A stretch of 64,000 nucleotides of DNA from an uncultured bacterium. Its GTDB lineage: Bacteria > Zixibacteria > MSB-5A5 > UBA10806. A program made the translations under genes and the position numbers. Location: positions 48,962 through 112,961 of the forward strand of contig CBEUCH010000007.1 of NCBI GenBank assembly GCA_965541585.1, written 5' to 3'. Shown one piece after another: positions 30,192 to 39,171 of this stretch. Below the pieces are notes generated by a model, which saw only the letters and a program-made list of their open reading frames with translations, did not search any database and was not told where the DNA came from. Position 1 is the first letter of the stretch; each line of letters opens with the position of its first letter.

Positions 30192-31321
30192 AAGATTCCA
30201 TTCTAATAATTGCCGGTGAGGTCTCGGGCGACAATGTCGGGGGCCTGCTGGCGGCGGAGCTAAAACTCCTTCGACCAGACATTGAACTGTTCGGGCTCGG
30301 GGGCGACCGGATGGATGTTTCGGGAGTTGATATTAGATATCATGTAAATCAGCTTTCCTTTCTCGGTTTCTGGGAAGTTCTAAAACATATCCCGTTTATC
30401 AAAAAAGTGGAAAGAGATTTATCGGGCCAGATCATGGAACGGAAACCCTCCCTGGCGGTCCTTATAGATTACCCCGGTTTCAATCTAAGGCTGGCCAGGA
30501 AACTCAAAGCGCTGAATATCCCTGTCATGTATTATGTCAGCCCCCAGGTCTGGGCGTGGGGACGGGGGCGTATCGCGAAAATCAAAAAGCTGGTGAATAA
30601 GATGGTGGTCGTTTTTCATTTTGAAAAAGAGATGTATTCTAAAGAAGGGATGGAAGTTGAATGGCATGGTCATCCGCTTATGGAAATTGTCAGATCTCGC
30701 TATGAGCGCGCTGAGTTTATGGGAAAGCTGGGAGTTGAGTCCGGCCTGAAATATATTAGCATCCTTCCCGGATCGAGAAAGCAGGAAATAGAGAAAATAT
30801 TACCGGTAATGAAAAAGGCCCTTGAGATATCGTCGTCAGCGGGTCGCGGTTTGCGTGGGATCGTCGGATGCGCTCCCGGAATTGATATTGATTTCTATCG
30901 GAATATCTGCGGCCATGACATGCTATATGTTCAAGGTTTTATATACGATCTTATGAAATATGCAGAATTGAACCTGGTGGCATCGGGAACTGCGACCCTC
31001 GAATGCGCCATACTTGAGAAACCTCTTTTCATATTGTATAAGACCTCTGCAGTAACGTACATGATCGCCAAAAGGCTGGTGAAGATTCCCTACGTCGGCC
31101 TGGTGAACGTTGTGGCCGGGGAAAAGATCGTGCCGGAATTTATCCAGAAGGATTGCAGGAGTGATCTTATCGCCGGGGAGATCGAGTTGTTTTTCGCGGA
31201 CGGCGATTACAGGCACCGGATGTTGAAACGTCTATCATCAGTGAAGGATAAGCTGGGCGCAGCGGGCGCATCAAAGAAGGTCGCCGAGACGGCCCTGGGA
31301 ATGATGGCCTCGCCCCGGTGA
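30188..31321 (+). CDS. lpxB: lipid-A-disaccharide synthase
   Basis: MKDSILIIAGEVSGDNVGGLLAAELK N-terminus typical of LpxB (GT19). Confidence 0.9.
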   Translation: MKDSILIIAGEVSGDNVGGLLAAELKLLRPDIELFGLGGDRMDVSGVDIRYHVNQLSFLGFWEVLKHIPFIKKVERDLSGQIMERKPSLAVLIDYPGFNLRLARKLKALNIPVMYYVSPQVWAWGRGRIAKIKKLVNKMVVVFHFEKEMYSKEGMEVEWHGHPLMEIVRSRYERAEFMGKLGVESGLKYISILPGSRKQEIEKILPVMKKALEISSSAGRGLRGIVGCAPGIDIDFYRNICGHDMLYVQGFIYDLMKYAELNLVASGTATLECAILEKPLFILYKTSAVTYMIAKRLVKIPYVGLVNVVAGEKIVPEFIQKDCRSDLIAGEIELFFADGDYRHRMLKRLSSVKDKLGAAGASKKVAETALGMMASPR

Positions 31322-31356
31322 TTGACATCCTTGATGATTTGAAATAATTTTGGGTC

Positions 31357-31992
31357 ATGGATTTGAATTATTCACTCGGTCAGAGGATAAAGCTAATATT
31401 GGCGTCTATCCTGGGGCCGTTTCTGATCTTGCTGTACGGCTGGACGTGGCGGCTGCGATGGGACGGAGTTGAGAATCTCCAGGATGCGCGCCGGGTTTCG
31501 GATAAGGTCATATTGGCGACCTGGCATTCAAGGCTGCTGGGGTTAACCTATGCTCATCGATTCCGTAATATCGGAATAATGGTTTCCAAATCGTTCGATG
31601 GTGAGTGGATCGCCAGAATAGTGGCACGTCTCGGTTACCGTGTCTTCAGAGGTTCCACAGGCAAAGACGGTGTGACCGCACTTTTGCAAATGCTTAGAAG
31701 CGAAAACGGCGATCTTGCGCTGACGGTGGATGGGCCGCGAGGCCCGGCAGAAAAGGTGAAACAGGGCGCAATATCTCTGGCATCGAACGGCAAACTACCG
31801 ATTGTTCCGATTACCTTTTTGGCCGGCAGTGCCTGGAGGTTGAGATCGTGGGATCGCTTTATGATCCCCAGGCCGTTCAGCGTCGTCACCGCTGTCTACG
31901 GCAGGCATATAATTGTCCCGGAAGATCTGGATAAAAAGATTATAAAAAAGTTGTCTTTGGACGTTGAGATGGAGCTAAAGAGAATAGGATAA
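31357..31992 (+). CDS. DUF374 / lysophospholipid-acyltransferase-like protein (Kdo-transferase associated)
   Basis: N-terminal TM, then ILATWHSRLLG...DGPRGP. This family is commonly encoded directly upstream of waaA. Confidence 0.6.
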   Translation: MDLNYSLGQRIKLILASILGPFLILLYGWTWRLRWDGVENLQDARRVSDKVILATWHSRLLGLTYAHRFRNIGIMVSKSFDGEWIARIVARLGYRVFRGSTGKDGVTALLQMLRSENGDLALTVDGPRGPAEKVKQGAISLASNGKLPIVPITFLAGSAWRLRSWDRFMIPRPFSVVTAVYGRHIIVPEDLDKKIIKKLSLDVEMELKRIG

Positions 31993-31994
31993 CC

Positions 31995-33242
31995 TTGTTA
32001 CTTTTGTATCGCATTCTATCTGCAGTTGCCCTGATTCTCGGGTCGCCTTTTCTATTGGTCAAAGCGATCGTGGGGAGGCATGGTATCCGGGAAAGATTCG
32101 GGTATATCAAGAAAAGGGAATCGTCCGGCAAGCTTTTCTGGTTTCATGCGGCATCGGTCGGGGAGTTGAAGATTATATCATCCGTGATGCCGCAGATCGG
32201 TAAGCTAAACAGCGATATTGATTTTGCCGTTTCGACTACAACTGCAAGCGGCAAAAGAAGAGCAAAAGAGCTTTTCGGGAATAGAGCATTCATATTTTTA
32301 CAACCATTAGAATTAGCATCGGCTATTAAAAGAGTACTGAGCGCCTTAAATCCGGATAAACTGATAATTGTGGAAACTGAAATCTGGCCTCTGCTGGTAA
32401 CCGTCGCCCGCGACTCCGGCGTGGATCTGTATCTAATAAATGCCAGAATGAGGGAGAATTCATTTAAGGCCTATAGAATAATCAAACCTCTCATCGGACC
32501 CGTTCTTGCGAAATTTATGCATATTCTATCGCAGACCGAGGCCGATACAGGCCGATTCAAGGCCTTGGGAGCGGAAAATGCGGAGACTGTCGGCAACCTG
32601 AAGTACGATCAGGTTCTCAGTAACGCCGATTCGCCACGGGCGACATTGGAAATTGCAGCAGATGATCGTTTGATATTCGTTGCCGGTTCCATCAGAAAAG
32701 GCGAGTTTGAAATCTTCGCTGATCTGATTGTGAAATCGCGGGAGCGAGAACTGAAAGTGGGTTTCGTACTTGTGCCCCGGCATATGAAGGATATTGACTT
32801 TACATGCCAGGTTTTATCGAGCCGAAAAATCCCTTTTCGTCTATGGTCCGAGATGACTGAAGCCGATGTTGATTTCGAGACGGTATTGCTGGTCAACACC
32901 ATGGGGCAGTTACGCGATTTTTACCGGATCAGCGATCTGGCATTTGTGGGCGGTTCTCTGGTGCCGATCGGCGGCCATGATCCGGTGGAACCGGCGGCGC
33001 TGGGGAAACCGGTGATTTTCGGGCCGCATATGGATAATGCCGGGGAAGCCGCCGTTCTGCTTTTGAGATCGGGAGGGGCGGAAGAGGTTACAGGCGTCGA
33101 TGATCTCTTAGAAGTACTTATTGATTCGATTCAAAATAAAGAGTCTCTTGCTCAAAGGGGTGAAAAAAGCAGGAATGCAGTTATCTCTATGACCGGGGCA
33201 TCCAGGAGAACCGCTCATATACTCCTGGGAGATTCAAGTTGA
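31995..33242 (+). CDS. waaA: 3-deoxy-D-manno-octulosonic acid transferase
   Basis: LFWFHAASVGE N-terminal motif and a GT-B C-terminus (FVGGSLVPIGGHDPVEPAALGKPVIFGPH). Confidence 0.9.
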   Translation: MLLLYRILSAVALILGSPFLLVKAIVGRHGIRERFGYIKKRESSGKLFWFHAASVGELKIISSVMPQIGKLNSDIDFAVSTTTASGKRRAKELFGNRAFIFLQPLELASAIKRVLSALNPDKLIIVETEIWPLLVTVARDSGVDLYLINARMRENSFKAYRIIKPLIGPVLAKFMHILSQTEADTGRFKALGAENAETVGNLKYDQVLSNADSPRATLEIAADDRLIFVAGSIRKGEFEIFADLIVKSRERELKVGFVLVPRHMKDIDFTCQVLSSRKIPFRLWSEMTEADVDFETVLLVNTMGQLRDFYRISDLAFVGGSLVPIGGHDPVEPAALGKPVIFGPHMDNAGEAAVLLLRSGGAEEVTGVDDLLEVLIDSIQNKESLAQRGEKSRNAVISMTGASRRTAHILLGDSS

Positions 33243-34216
33243 AAGCAATACTTCTTCTACCGTTTACTTTCATTTATCGTATCATCATATTCTTCTGGGA
33301 TTTTTATTGGAGGAGTAAAAAACCTGTTGCACTGCCGACCCGTGTTATATCGGTCGGCGGCATCACTATTGGTGGTGCCGGTAAGACATCGGTTGCCGGA
33401 TATATAGCGCAAAACCTGCTCTCCGGAGGCAAAGACGCCGTCGTTGTGGCGCGCGGATATAAAAGGCTGAAGACAGAGCCCGTGATTCTGACTGCCGAAA
33501 ATTATTCCTCCTGGGAAGCCTGCGGCGATGAACCGGCCGCATTGGTAAAATCGGTTCCAGGGCTAACGGTATATATTGATTCGGATAAAACTGCCGCAGC
33601 GAGAAAGGCATCGGAGGTTGGTCGGGAAATAATCATTATTGATGACGGCTTCCAGCATCGGAAGCTTAAACGCGATGTAGATATTGTGTGCCTCGATGGT
33701 ATGGATCCGTTCGGAAATGGTTTCCTAATGCCATCGGGGAGACTGAGAGAGCCAAAAAAATCATTGAGCAGAGCGGATATCATAATAGTTATCGATGGGC
33801 CATCGGACAACTCGGATTACATGATGGATCTGCCTCAAGGAATACCTGTTTTCAGAGGCAAAAAGAATGTTAACTCCGTGGTGTCTCTTCAGGGAGATAC
33901 AATAAACTTGAAGGGATCGAAGGTGCTGGCTTTTTGCGGTCTGGGTAATCCCCGGTCATTCCGTGAGAGCCTTCTGGAAACAGGCTGTGATATCGTTGAG
34001 CTTTTTGAATTTGGAGATCATCATAGGTACAAATCCGCCGATCTGGAGAAATTGATAAGAAGTGACAAACAGAATAACGCTGATCATATAGTAACGACGT
34101 TAAAAGATGCCGTCAAACTGGATAAAATATGGGCCCAAAACCAGCCTCTTTATTACGTTGAGATTGAGATTGAGCTTGATAGAAAGGATGATTTTTTTAG
34201 ATTGGTTGGCGTATGA
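33239..34216 (+). CDS. lpxK: tetraacyldisaccharide 4'-kinase
   Basis: TTG start overlapping the waaA stop; P-loop VISVGGITIGGAGKTSV. Confidence 0.85.
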   Translation: MKAILLLPFTFIYRIIIFFWDFYWRSKKPVALPTRVISVGGITIGGAGKTSVAGYIAQNLLSGGKDAVVVARGYKRLKTEPVILTAENYSSWEACGDEPAALVKSVPGLTVYIDSDKTAAARKASEVGREIIIIDDGFQHRKLKRDVDIVCLDGMDPFGNGFLMPSGRLREPKKSLSRADIIIVIDGPSDNSDYMMDLPQGIPVFRGKKNVNSVVSLQGDTINLKGSKVLAFCGLGNPRSFRESLLETGCDIVELFEFGDHHRYKSADLEKLIRSDKQNNADHIVTTLKDAVKLDKIWAQNQPLYYVEIEIELDRKDDFFRLVGV

Positions 34217-35820
34217 TCTACGATTGTGACATACTGGTGATAGGTTCCGGGATAGGAGGCTTATATTTCGCGCTTGGCGCCGCCCGGTTCGGAAAGGTCG
34301 CCGTGGTTACGAAAAAGGCCAAGTGGGATGCCGCCACCAATCTGGCCCAGGGGGGGATCGCCTCCGTGATGTCGACAAAAGACAGTTTCGAGAAACATAT
34401 CGGCGATACGCTGAAGGTGGGGGCAGGCCTGTGCCATAAAAACATAGTCGAGAAAGTAGTAAGAGCCGGTCCCGACTCGATAAATGACCTCTATCAGATG
34501 GGAGTAGAATTCTCCAGGCTTTCAGGAAAGGATAGTTTCGATTTGGGCAGCGAAGGCGGACATTCTCAGAAGCGGGTGGTGCATGCGGCAGATTTCACCG
34601 GCCGGGCTATCGAACATGCTCTTGTGAGCGCCGCCAGGAATCATGACAATATAGAAATATTCGAGCATCATTACGCCATCGACCTTATAACACCGCATCA
34701 TATTTCACCCGATGCAGCGATAAAGGATACCCCGGTTTGCTACGGGGCCTATGTTCTCGATATTGAAAAGCGCCTGGTGGAGAGATTCCGGGCTAAAGTC
34801 ACCATGCTGGCCAGCGGCGGCGGAGGCAGAATTTATCTTCACAATACCAATCCCGATATCGCCACGGCCGATGGTGTCGCCATGGCCTACCTGGCGGGCG
34901 CCAGAATTGGGAATCTGGAGTTCGTTCAATTCCATCCGACCGCCTTATATCACTCCCATGCATCATCCTTTTTGATCTCCGAGGCTGTGAGAGGCGAGGG
35001 CGGGCGGCTCATATTGAAATCCGGCGAGCAATTCATGAAAAAATATCATGCTAAGGCCGAACTGGCTCCCCGGGATATCGTAGCCCGCGCCATCGATTCG
35101 GAGTTGAAGCGGACAGGGAATCACTGCGTATACCTGGACGTTACTCATCTGGGCAGAGATTTCTTAAAGAAAAGATTCCCGACGATATATGAAAAGTGCG
35201 TTAGCCTCGGTATCGATATTGCGACCACGCCGATCCCGGTCGTGCCATCGGCTCACTATTTCTGCGGCGGTGTCGTGACCGATGAGTCAGGCAGAACAGA
35301 TATCAAAAACCTGTATGCCTGCGGAGAGGTGGCCATGACCGGCATGCACGGCGCCAACAGGCTGGCATCCAATTCCCTGTTAGAGGCGGTTGCATTCGCC
35401 AGTTTCGCCTGTGAAAACCTCGAGTCCGAATATCCCGCAATACCGCCTCCGCCTGATATTCCGCCCTGGGACGAATCAGGCGTATTCGATTCCGAGGAGT
35501 GGGTTATCGTCTCGCACGACAGAAGTACAATTACCCGCCTGATGTGGGATTATGTGGGGATAGTGCGTTCCAACAACCGGCTCAAAAAAGCTGACGTTCG
35601 ATGCCTAATTATGAGTAAGGACATAATCGATTTTTACCGCAAGAATCCGGTCCGCTCGGAAGTCATTGAACTTCGCAATATGGCCATAACGGCCGGGCTC
35701 TTGATAAAAAGCGCCAGGATGAGAAAGGAATCGAGGGGACTGCACTATAACATAGATCACCCTGAAAAAGACGATGAGAATTTCTTGCACGATACGATAT
35801 TAAAGCAGGAGGAGATTTGA
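34213..35820 (+). CDS. nadB: L-aspartate oxidase
   Basis: FAD-binding DILVIGSGIGGL; QGGIAS; fumarate-reductase flavoprotein-like. Confidence 0.93.
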   Translation: MIYDCDILVIGSGIGGLYFALGAARFGKVAVVTKKAKWDAATNLAQGGIASVMSTKDSFEKHIGDTLKVGAGLCHKNIVEKVVRAGPDSINDLYQMGVEFSRLSGKDSFDLGSEGGHSQKRVVHAADFTGRAIEHALVSAARNHDNIEIFEHHYAIDLITPHHISPDAAIKDTPVCYGAYVLDIEKRLVERFRAKVTMLASGGGGRIYLHNTNPDIATADGVAMAYLAGARIGNLEFVQFHPTALYHSHASSFLISEAVRGEGGRLILKSGEQFMKKYHAKAELAPRDIVARAIDSELKRTGNHCVYLDVTHLGRDFLKKRFPTIYEKCVSLGIDIATTPIPVVPSAHYFCGGVVTDESGRTDIKNLYACGEVAMTGMHGANRLASNSLLEAVAFASFACENLESEYPAIPPPPDIPPWDESGVFDSEEWVIVSHDRSTITRLMWDYVGIVRSNNRLKKADVRCLIMSKDIIDFYRKNPVRSEVIELRNMAITAGLLIKSARMRKESRGLHYNIDHPEKDDENFLHDTILKQEEI

Positions 35821-37355
35821 GCGGCGCCGGAAAAATACTGATCGTCGACTATGGCTCGCAATATACCCAGCTTATCGCACGAAGAATAAGGGAATCAAAG
35901 GTATATTCGGAGATAGTCAGCTGTAATCACAGTCTCGACCATTATGACTTTTCCGACGTTGCCGGCATCATCCTTTCAGGCGGGCCGTCATCGGTGTTCG
36001 ATAAAGGTGCGCCTAAGCTCGATAAGCGGCTATTGTATGTGGGTCGGCCCGTGCTGGGGATTTGCTACGGGCTTATGCTGATGGCTATGAATATAGGCGG
36101 TGGAATCGGCATTTCCAGGCGACGGGAATACGGACGCGCCATGATGATCCGGACCGGCAGATCCGATCTTTTGAAGAAACTGCCCTCCAGATGCCAGGTC
36201 TGGATGAGCCATGGTGATCATGTCGAAAAACTTCCGCTGGGATTTAAGGGGATTGGATCTACCGAGGCCCTGGGATTTGCCGCCATAGCCAATCAGAAGC
36301 GCAGGCTGTACGGGGTGCAGTTTCACCCGGAGGTGGCGCATTCCGAGTACGGCAAACAGATTCTGCATAATTTCCTTTTCGATATCTGCAAATGCAAGCC
36401 GACCTGGTCGCCTGCATCGTTTATCAATAGTTCTGTAAACGAGATCAAGAAAACGGTTGGCCCGGGAAAAGTGATCTGCGCCCTGTCCGGCGGCGTAGAT
36501 TCGGCGGTGGTGGCGATGCTGTTGAATAAGGCTGTCGGCAAGCGGGCGGTATCGGTTTTTATCGATAACGGGCTGTTGCGCCTGAACGAAGCCGAACAGG
36601 TGAAGGCCGCCTTCAAGAAATTCGGGCTGAATCTCAAGACGGTGGACGCCTCGGCGATGTTTCTCAGGCGGCTGAAAGGTGTAGCCGATCCGGAGATGAA
36701 ACGCAAAAAAATCGGCCGGGCCTTTATCGAGGTTTTCACGAAGGAAGCGGCGAGGATCGGCAAGGTCGATTTCCTGGCGCAGGGGACATTGTATCCCGAT
36801 CTGATCGAATCGGTCTCCTTCAAAGGGCCGTCGGCGACAATAAAGACGCATCATAACGTCGGCGGGCTGCCGAGGCGGATGCGACTGAGGCTGATCGAAC
36901 CGTTAAGAGAGCTTTTCAAAGACGAGGTCCGGGCAGTTGGCCGAAGGCTCGGCCTGCCGAAAGATTTCATAGGTCGTCACCCGTTCCCCGGGCCGGGGCT
37001 GGCGGTGCGGATCCTTGGGGCCGTAACGCCGGAACGATTGACGATACTGCGCGAAGCCGACTATATATTCATCTCTGAGCTCCGCAAATGGAAGCTGTAT
37101 GATGATACCTGGCAGGCGCTGGCCGTGCTTTTGCCGGTCCGGTCGGTGGGTGTCATGGGGGATGAGCGCACCTACGAGAACGTCGTCGCGCTGCGCGCCG
37201 TGACCTCCCTGGATGCCATGACCGCCGACTGGGCTCACCTGCCCGACGATTTCCTCTCCCATGTCTCCAACCGCATCATAAGAGAGGTCAAGGGGATAAA
37301 CCGAGTGGTCTATGACGTCTCCTCCAAACCCCCCGCGACGATTGAGTGGGAGTGA
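35817..37355 (+). CDS. guaA: GMP synthase (glutamine-hydrolysing)
   Basis: TTG start after an AGGAGG RBS; GATase domain (KILIVDYGSQYTQLIARRIRE), ATP-PPase SGGVDS, C-terminal IEWE. Confidence 0.95.
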   Translation: MSGAGKILIVDYGSQYTQLIARRIRESKVYSEIVSCNHSLDHYDFSDVAGIILSGGPSSVFDKGAPKLDKRLLYVGRPVLGICYGLMLMAMNIGGGIGISRRREYGRAMMIRTGRSDLLKKLPSRCQVWMSHGDHVEKLPLGFKGIGSTEALGFAAIANQKRRLYGVQFHPEVAHSEYGKQILHNFLFDICKCKPTWSPASFINSSVNEIKKTVGPGKVICALSGGVDSAVVAMLLNKAVGKRAVSVFIDNGLLRLNEAEQVKAAFKKFGLNLKTVDASAMFLRRLKGVADPEMKRKKIGRAFIEVFTKEAARIGKVDFLAQGTLYPDLIESVSFKGPSATIKTHHNVGGLPRRMRLRLIEPLRELFKDEVRAVGRRLGLPKDFIGRHPFPGPGLAVRILGAVTPERLTILREADYIFISELRKWKLYDDTWQALAVLLPVRSVGVMGDERTYENVVALRAVTSLDAMTADWAHLPDDFLSHVSNRIIREVKGINRVVYDVSSKPPATIEWE

Positions 37356-37368
37356 AGGAAGAGAAGAA

Positions 37369-38430
37369 ATGAATAATCTGAAAATAGTCTTGATTAAAGA
37401 TGAAACGATTCTTGATGTATCAGCAAGTAAATATCAAACAGAGAACTACAGCGGAGAGGGGATTGTTTTAGACATTAGATCTCGCGATGGATATAGAGAA
37501 ACTGTTGGATGTGTTATTTCATCAATATTGGCAGCAATCGAAGGAAAAAACCTGTCTGGCAAATCGAGCAGGTTAACAGAATATGAGAAAGTTGTCTTGT
37601 CGGTTCGAGCTTATTGTAATCGAAATTTCCACCCAGATGACAAAAATGAGATCCTAATTATCACGGATAACTACAATAATCTTATAAATAGAAAAGGCGA
37701 TATTTCTAAGGTCAAAGACGAAATAAGAAGAAAATTGTTTGTATTCTTCAACAGTAGGGCAAGAGAATATATCAATGGTCTGAGCCTTTATTGTTCTATG
37801 TATTATGATATTTCCATTATAAGGGACTCATTGTCATTATTAAAGGAAATAGGGGATATTAAACCTATGAATCGGGCAGGCACTTGGGATGCTTACAGTA
37901 TTGATCACTGGCATGAGCAATATAGGCTTATGCCTGAAATCTATAAAGAGATGGAGACAGAAATTCATCAAAAACAGTCTATAATATTGAATAATAATAA
38001 TTCATCGGCTACCAAGATCGAGAAATTTGATTTTTTCATATGCCATGCTAGCGAAGATAAAGATCTATATGTAAGGGAATTAGCCAATAAGCTTAAAGAT
38101 GAGCCATTTGATATTTGGTATGATGAGTTTTCGCTTTCTTGGGGCGATAGTCTAAGGCAAAGTATAGAAAAAGGATTAAAAGAATCAAAGCATGGAATAG
38201 TCGTATTAAGTGATAATTTTTTCGCAAAAGATTGGCCTCAGAGGGAATTAGACGGTCTTTTTGAGCTGGAAAGTCAGAATAAAAAAATACTACCGATTTG
38301 GCTTAGGATAGACAGAGATGGTATCGCGAAGTATTCACCAATACTTGCTGGCCGTCTGGCATTAAAGGCCAAAGATGGGTTTGATAAGATAATTAATGAA
38401 GCCAAAAAGCTACTCGGAAGAAATCAATAG
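37369..38430 (+). CDS. TIR-domain protein with an uncharacterised ~215-aa N-terminal domain
   Basis: C-terminal FDFFICHASEDKDLYVRELANKL...IWYDEFSLSWGDSLRQSIEKGLKESKHGIVVLSDNFFAKDWPQRELDGLFEL matches TIR_2 motifs including the W-x3-E catalytic-Glu box. About 35% GC. Start chosen at ATG 37369 (RBS GGAAGAG) rather than 37312, which lies inside guaA. Confidence 0.8.
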   Translation: MNNLKIVLIKDETILDVSASKYQTENYSGEGIVLDIRSRDGYRETVGCVISSILAAIEGKNLSGKSSRLTEYEKVVLSVRAYCNRNFHPDDKNEILIITDNYNNLINRKGDISKVKDEIRRKLFVFFNSRAREYINGLSLYCSMYYDISIIRDSLSLLKEIGDIKPMNRAGTWDAYSIDHWHEQYRLMPEIYKEMETEIHQKQSIILNNNNSSATKIEKFDFFICHASEDKDLYVRELANKLKDEPFDIWYDEFSLSWGDSLRQSIEKGLKESKHGIVVLSDNFFAKDWPQRELDGLFELESQNKKILPIWLRIDRDGIAKYSPILAGRLALKAKDGFDKIINEAKKLLGRNQ

Positions 38431-38436
38431 CCGTAG

Positions 38437-38511
38437 GTCAGGAGCCCAACGGGCTCCTGACGAATGAATGAAAATGCTGTATGAAAACGTCAGGAGCTTT
38501 CAGCTTCTGAC
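38437..38511. repeat. pair of related GTCAGGAG hairpins immediately after the TIR gene stop
   Basis: GTCAGGAGCCC-AAC-GGGCTCCTGAC (perfect 11-bp stem, 38437-38461) and GTCAGGAGCT-TTC-AGCTTCTGAC (38489-38511). Confidence 0.6.
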
Positions 38512-38526
38512 CTGCCACCAAAGTAT

Positions 38527-38766
38527 ATGAAAGAAAAAATTGGTCAAGCTTTATTCGCCATTGTGGCAATCATCCAGACTATTCTGCACTATCTCGGGTT
38601 ATTGGGTATTATATTGGGCATTATAGCTTTGATATTTAAAAACACGGGACGGGGAATCGAACTTTTAATTGGCGGAGCTTCTTTTATAGTAATGAAATAT
38701 CTTATTGGAATTATTTTTCATTTAGTTATTCGTATATTTAAATTATCTAATGAAAGAGAGCAGTAG
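38527..38766 (+). CDS. 79-aa two-helix membrane protein, hypothetical
   Basis: Two hydrophobic spans (ALFAIVAIIQTILHYLGLLGIILGIIALIF and LLIGGASFIVMKYLIGIIFHLVI); AT-rich like the TIR gene; RBS-like GAAAGAAAAAATTGG region upstream. Confidence 0.4.
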   Translation: MKEKIGQALFAIVAIIQTILHYLGLLGIILGIIALIFKNTGRGIELLIGGASFIVMKYLIGIIFHLVIRIFKLSNEREQ

Positions 38767-38781
38767 GTCGGATTAACTGCG

Positions 38782-38855
38782 CTGTCAGGAACCTCATACG
38801 AGCCGTATGGCCTTTCCTGACAGGCAGCGTAATCGTCGGGAAGGGATTCCCGACG
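38782..38855. repeat. nested hairpin CTGTCAGGAA...TTCCTGACAG with inner CATACG/CGTATG stem, plus CGTCGGGAA-GGGA-TTCCCGACG hairpin
   Basis: Perfect 10-bp outer stem (38782-38791 / 38814-38823) and perfect 9-bp stem (38834-38855). Confidence 0.6.
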
Positions 38856-38955
38856 CCGCTGGGAAAACTTGCTATAACTCTGAATAAAGCCTCAGCGGAC
38901 AAAATATCTTGACATCGCAAGCGTCACTTATTCATTAGACCACGAGGAGTCGATA

Positions 38956-39138
38956 TTGCTGAGAATAGTCTTAATAATACTGGCCGCACTAATTCTGTAC
39001 AGACTATTATCATCCCTGTTCAGACTTACGGCGAGGAAACCTCCGCGGGAAATGCCGAAGAGAAAGCGGCCGGGAAAAGAGGTCGGCGAGGGCTGGATCG
39101 TGGATGAGAAAACTGACGAGGAGGCGAAGGACGAGTAG
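38956..39138 (+). CDS. small membrane-anchored protein with acidic/basic C-terminal tail (hypothetical)
   Basis: 60 aa; N-terminal TM LRIVLIILAALILYRLL then KRKRPGKE...DEEAKDE. Normal GC; followed by the GTCAAAA/TTTTGAC hairpin at 39139-39161. Confidence 0.3.
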   Translation: MLRIVLIILAALILYRLLSSLFRLTARKPPREMPKRKRPGKEVGEGWIVDEKTDEEAKDE

Positions 39139-39171
39139 GTCAAAATCACCGTGGTTTTGACATCCCGGCTC

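Noticed and set aside
36030-36854. 274-aa and 166-aa minus-strand ORFs inside guaA. Similar antisense ORFs lie inside dnaE (7363-8130), ileS, the lipid A genes, and at 59653-60192 opposite the adenosine-kinase-like gene.
   Set aside because: All overlap confidently identified sense genes and show no domain signatures. They are spurious six-frame ORFs.
37312-37368. Upstream ATG at 37312 that would extend the TIR protein by 19 residues (MTSPPNPPRRLSGSEGREE)
   Set aside because: It lies within the 3' end of guaA at guaA-like GC. The ATG at 37369 has a purine-rich RBS and coincides with the start of the AT-rich island.
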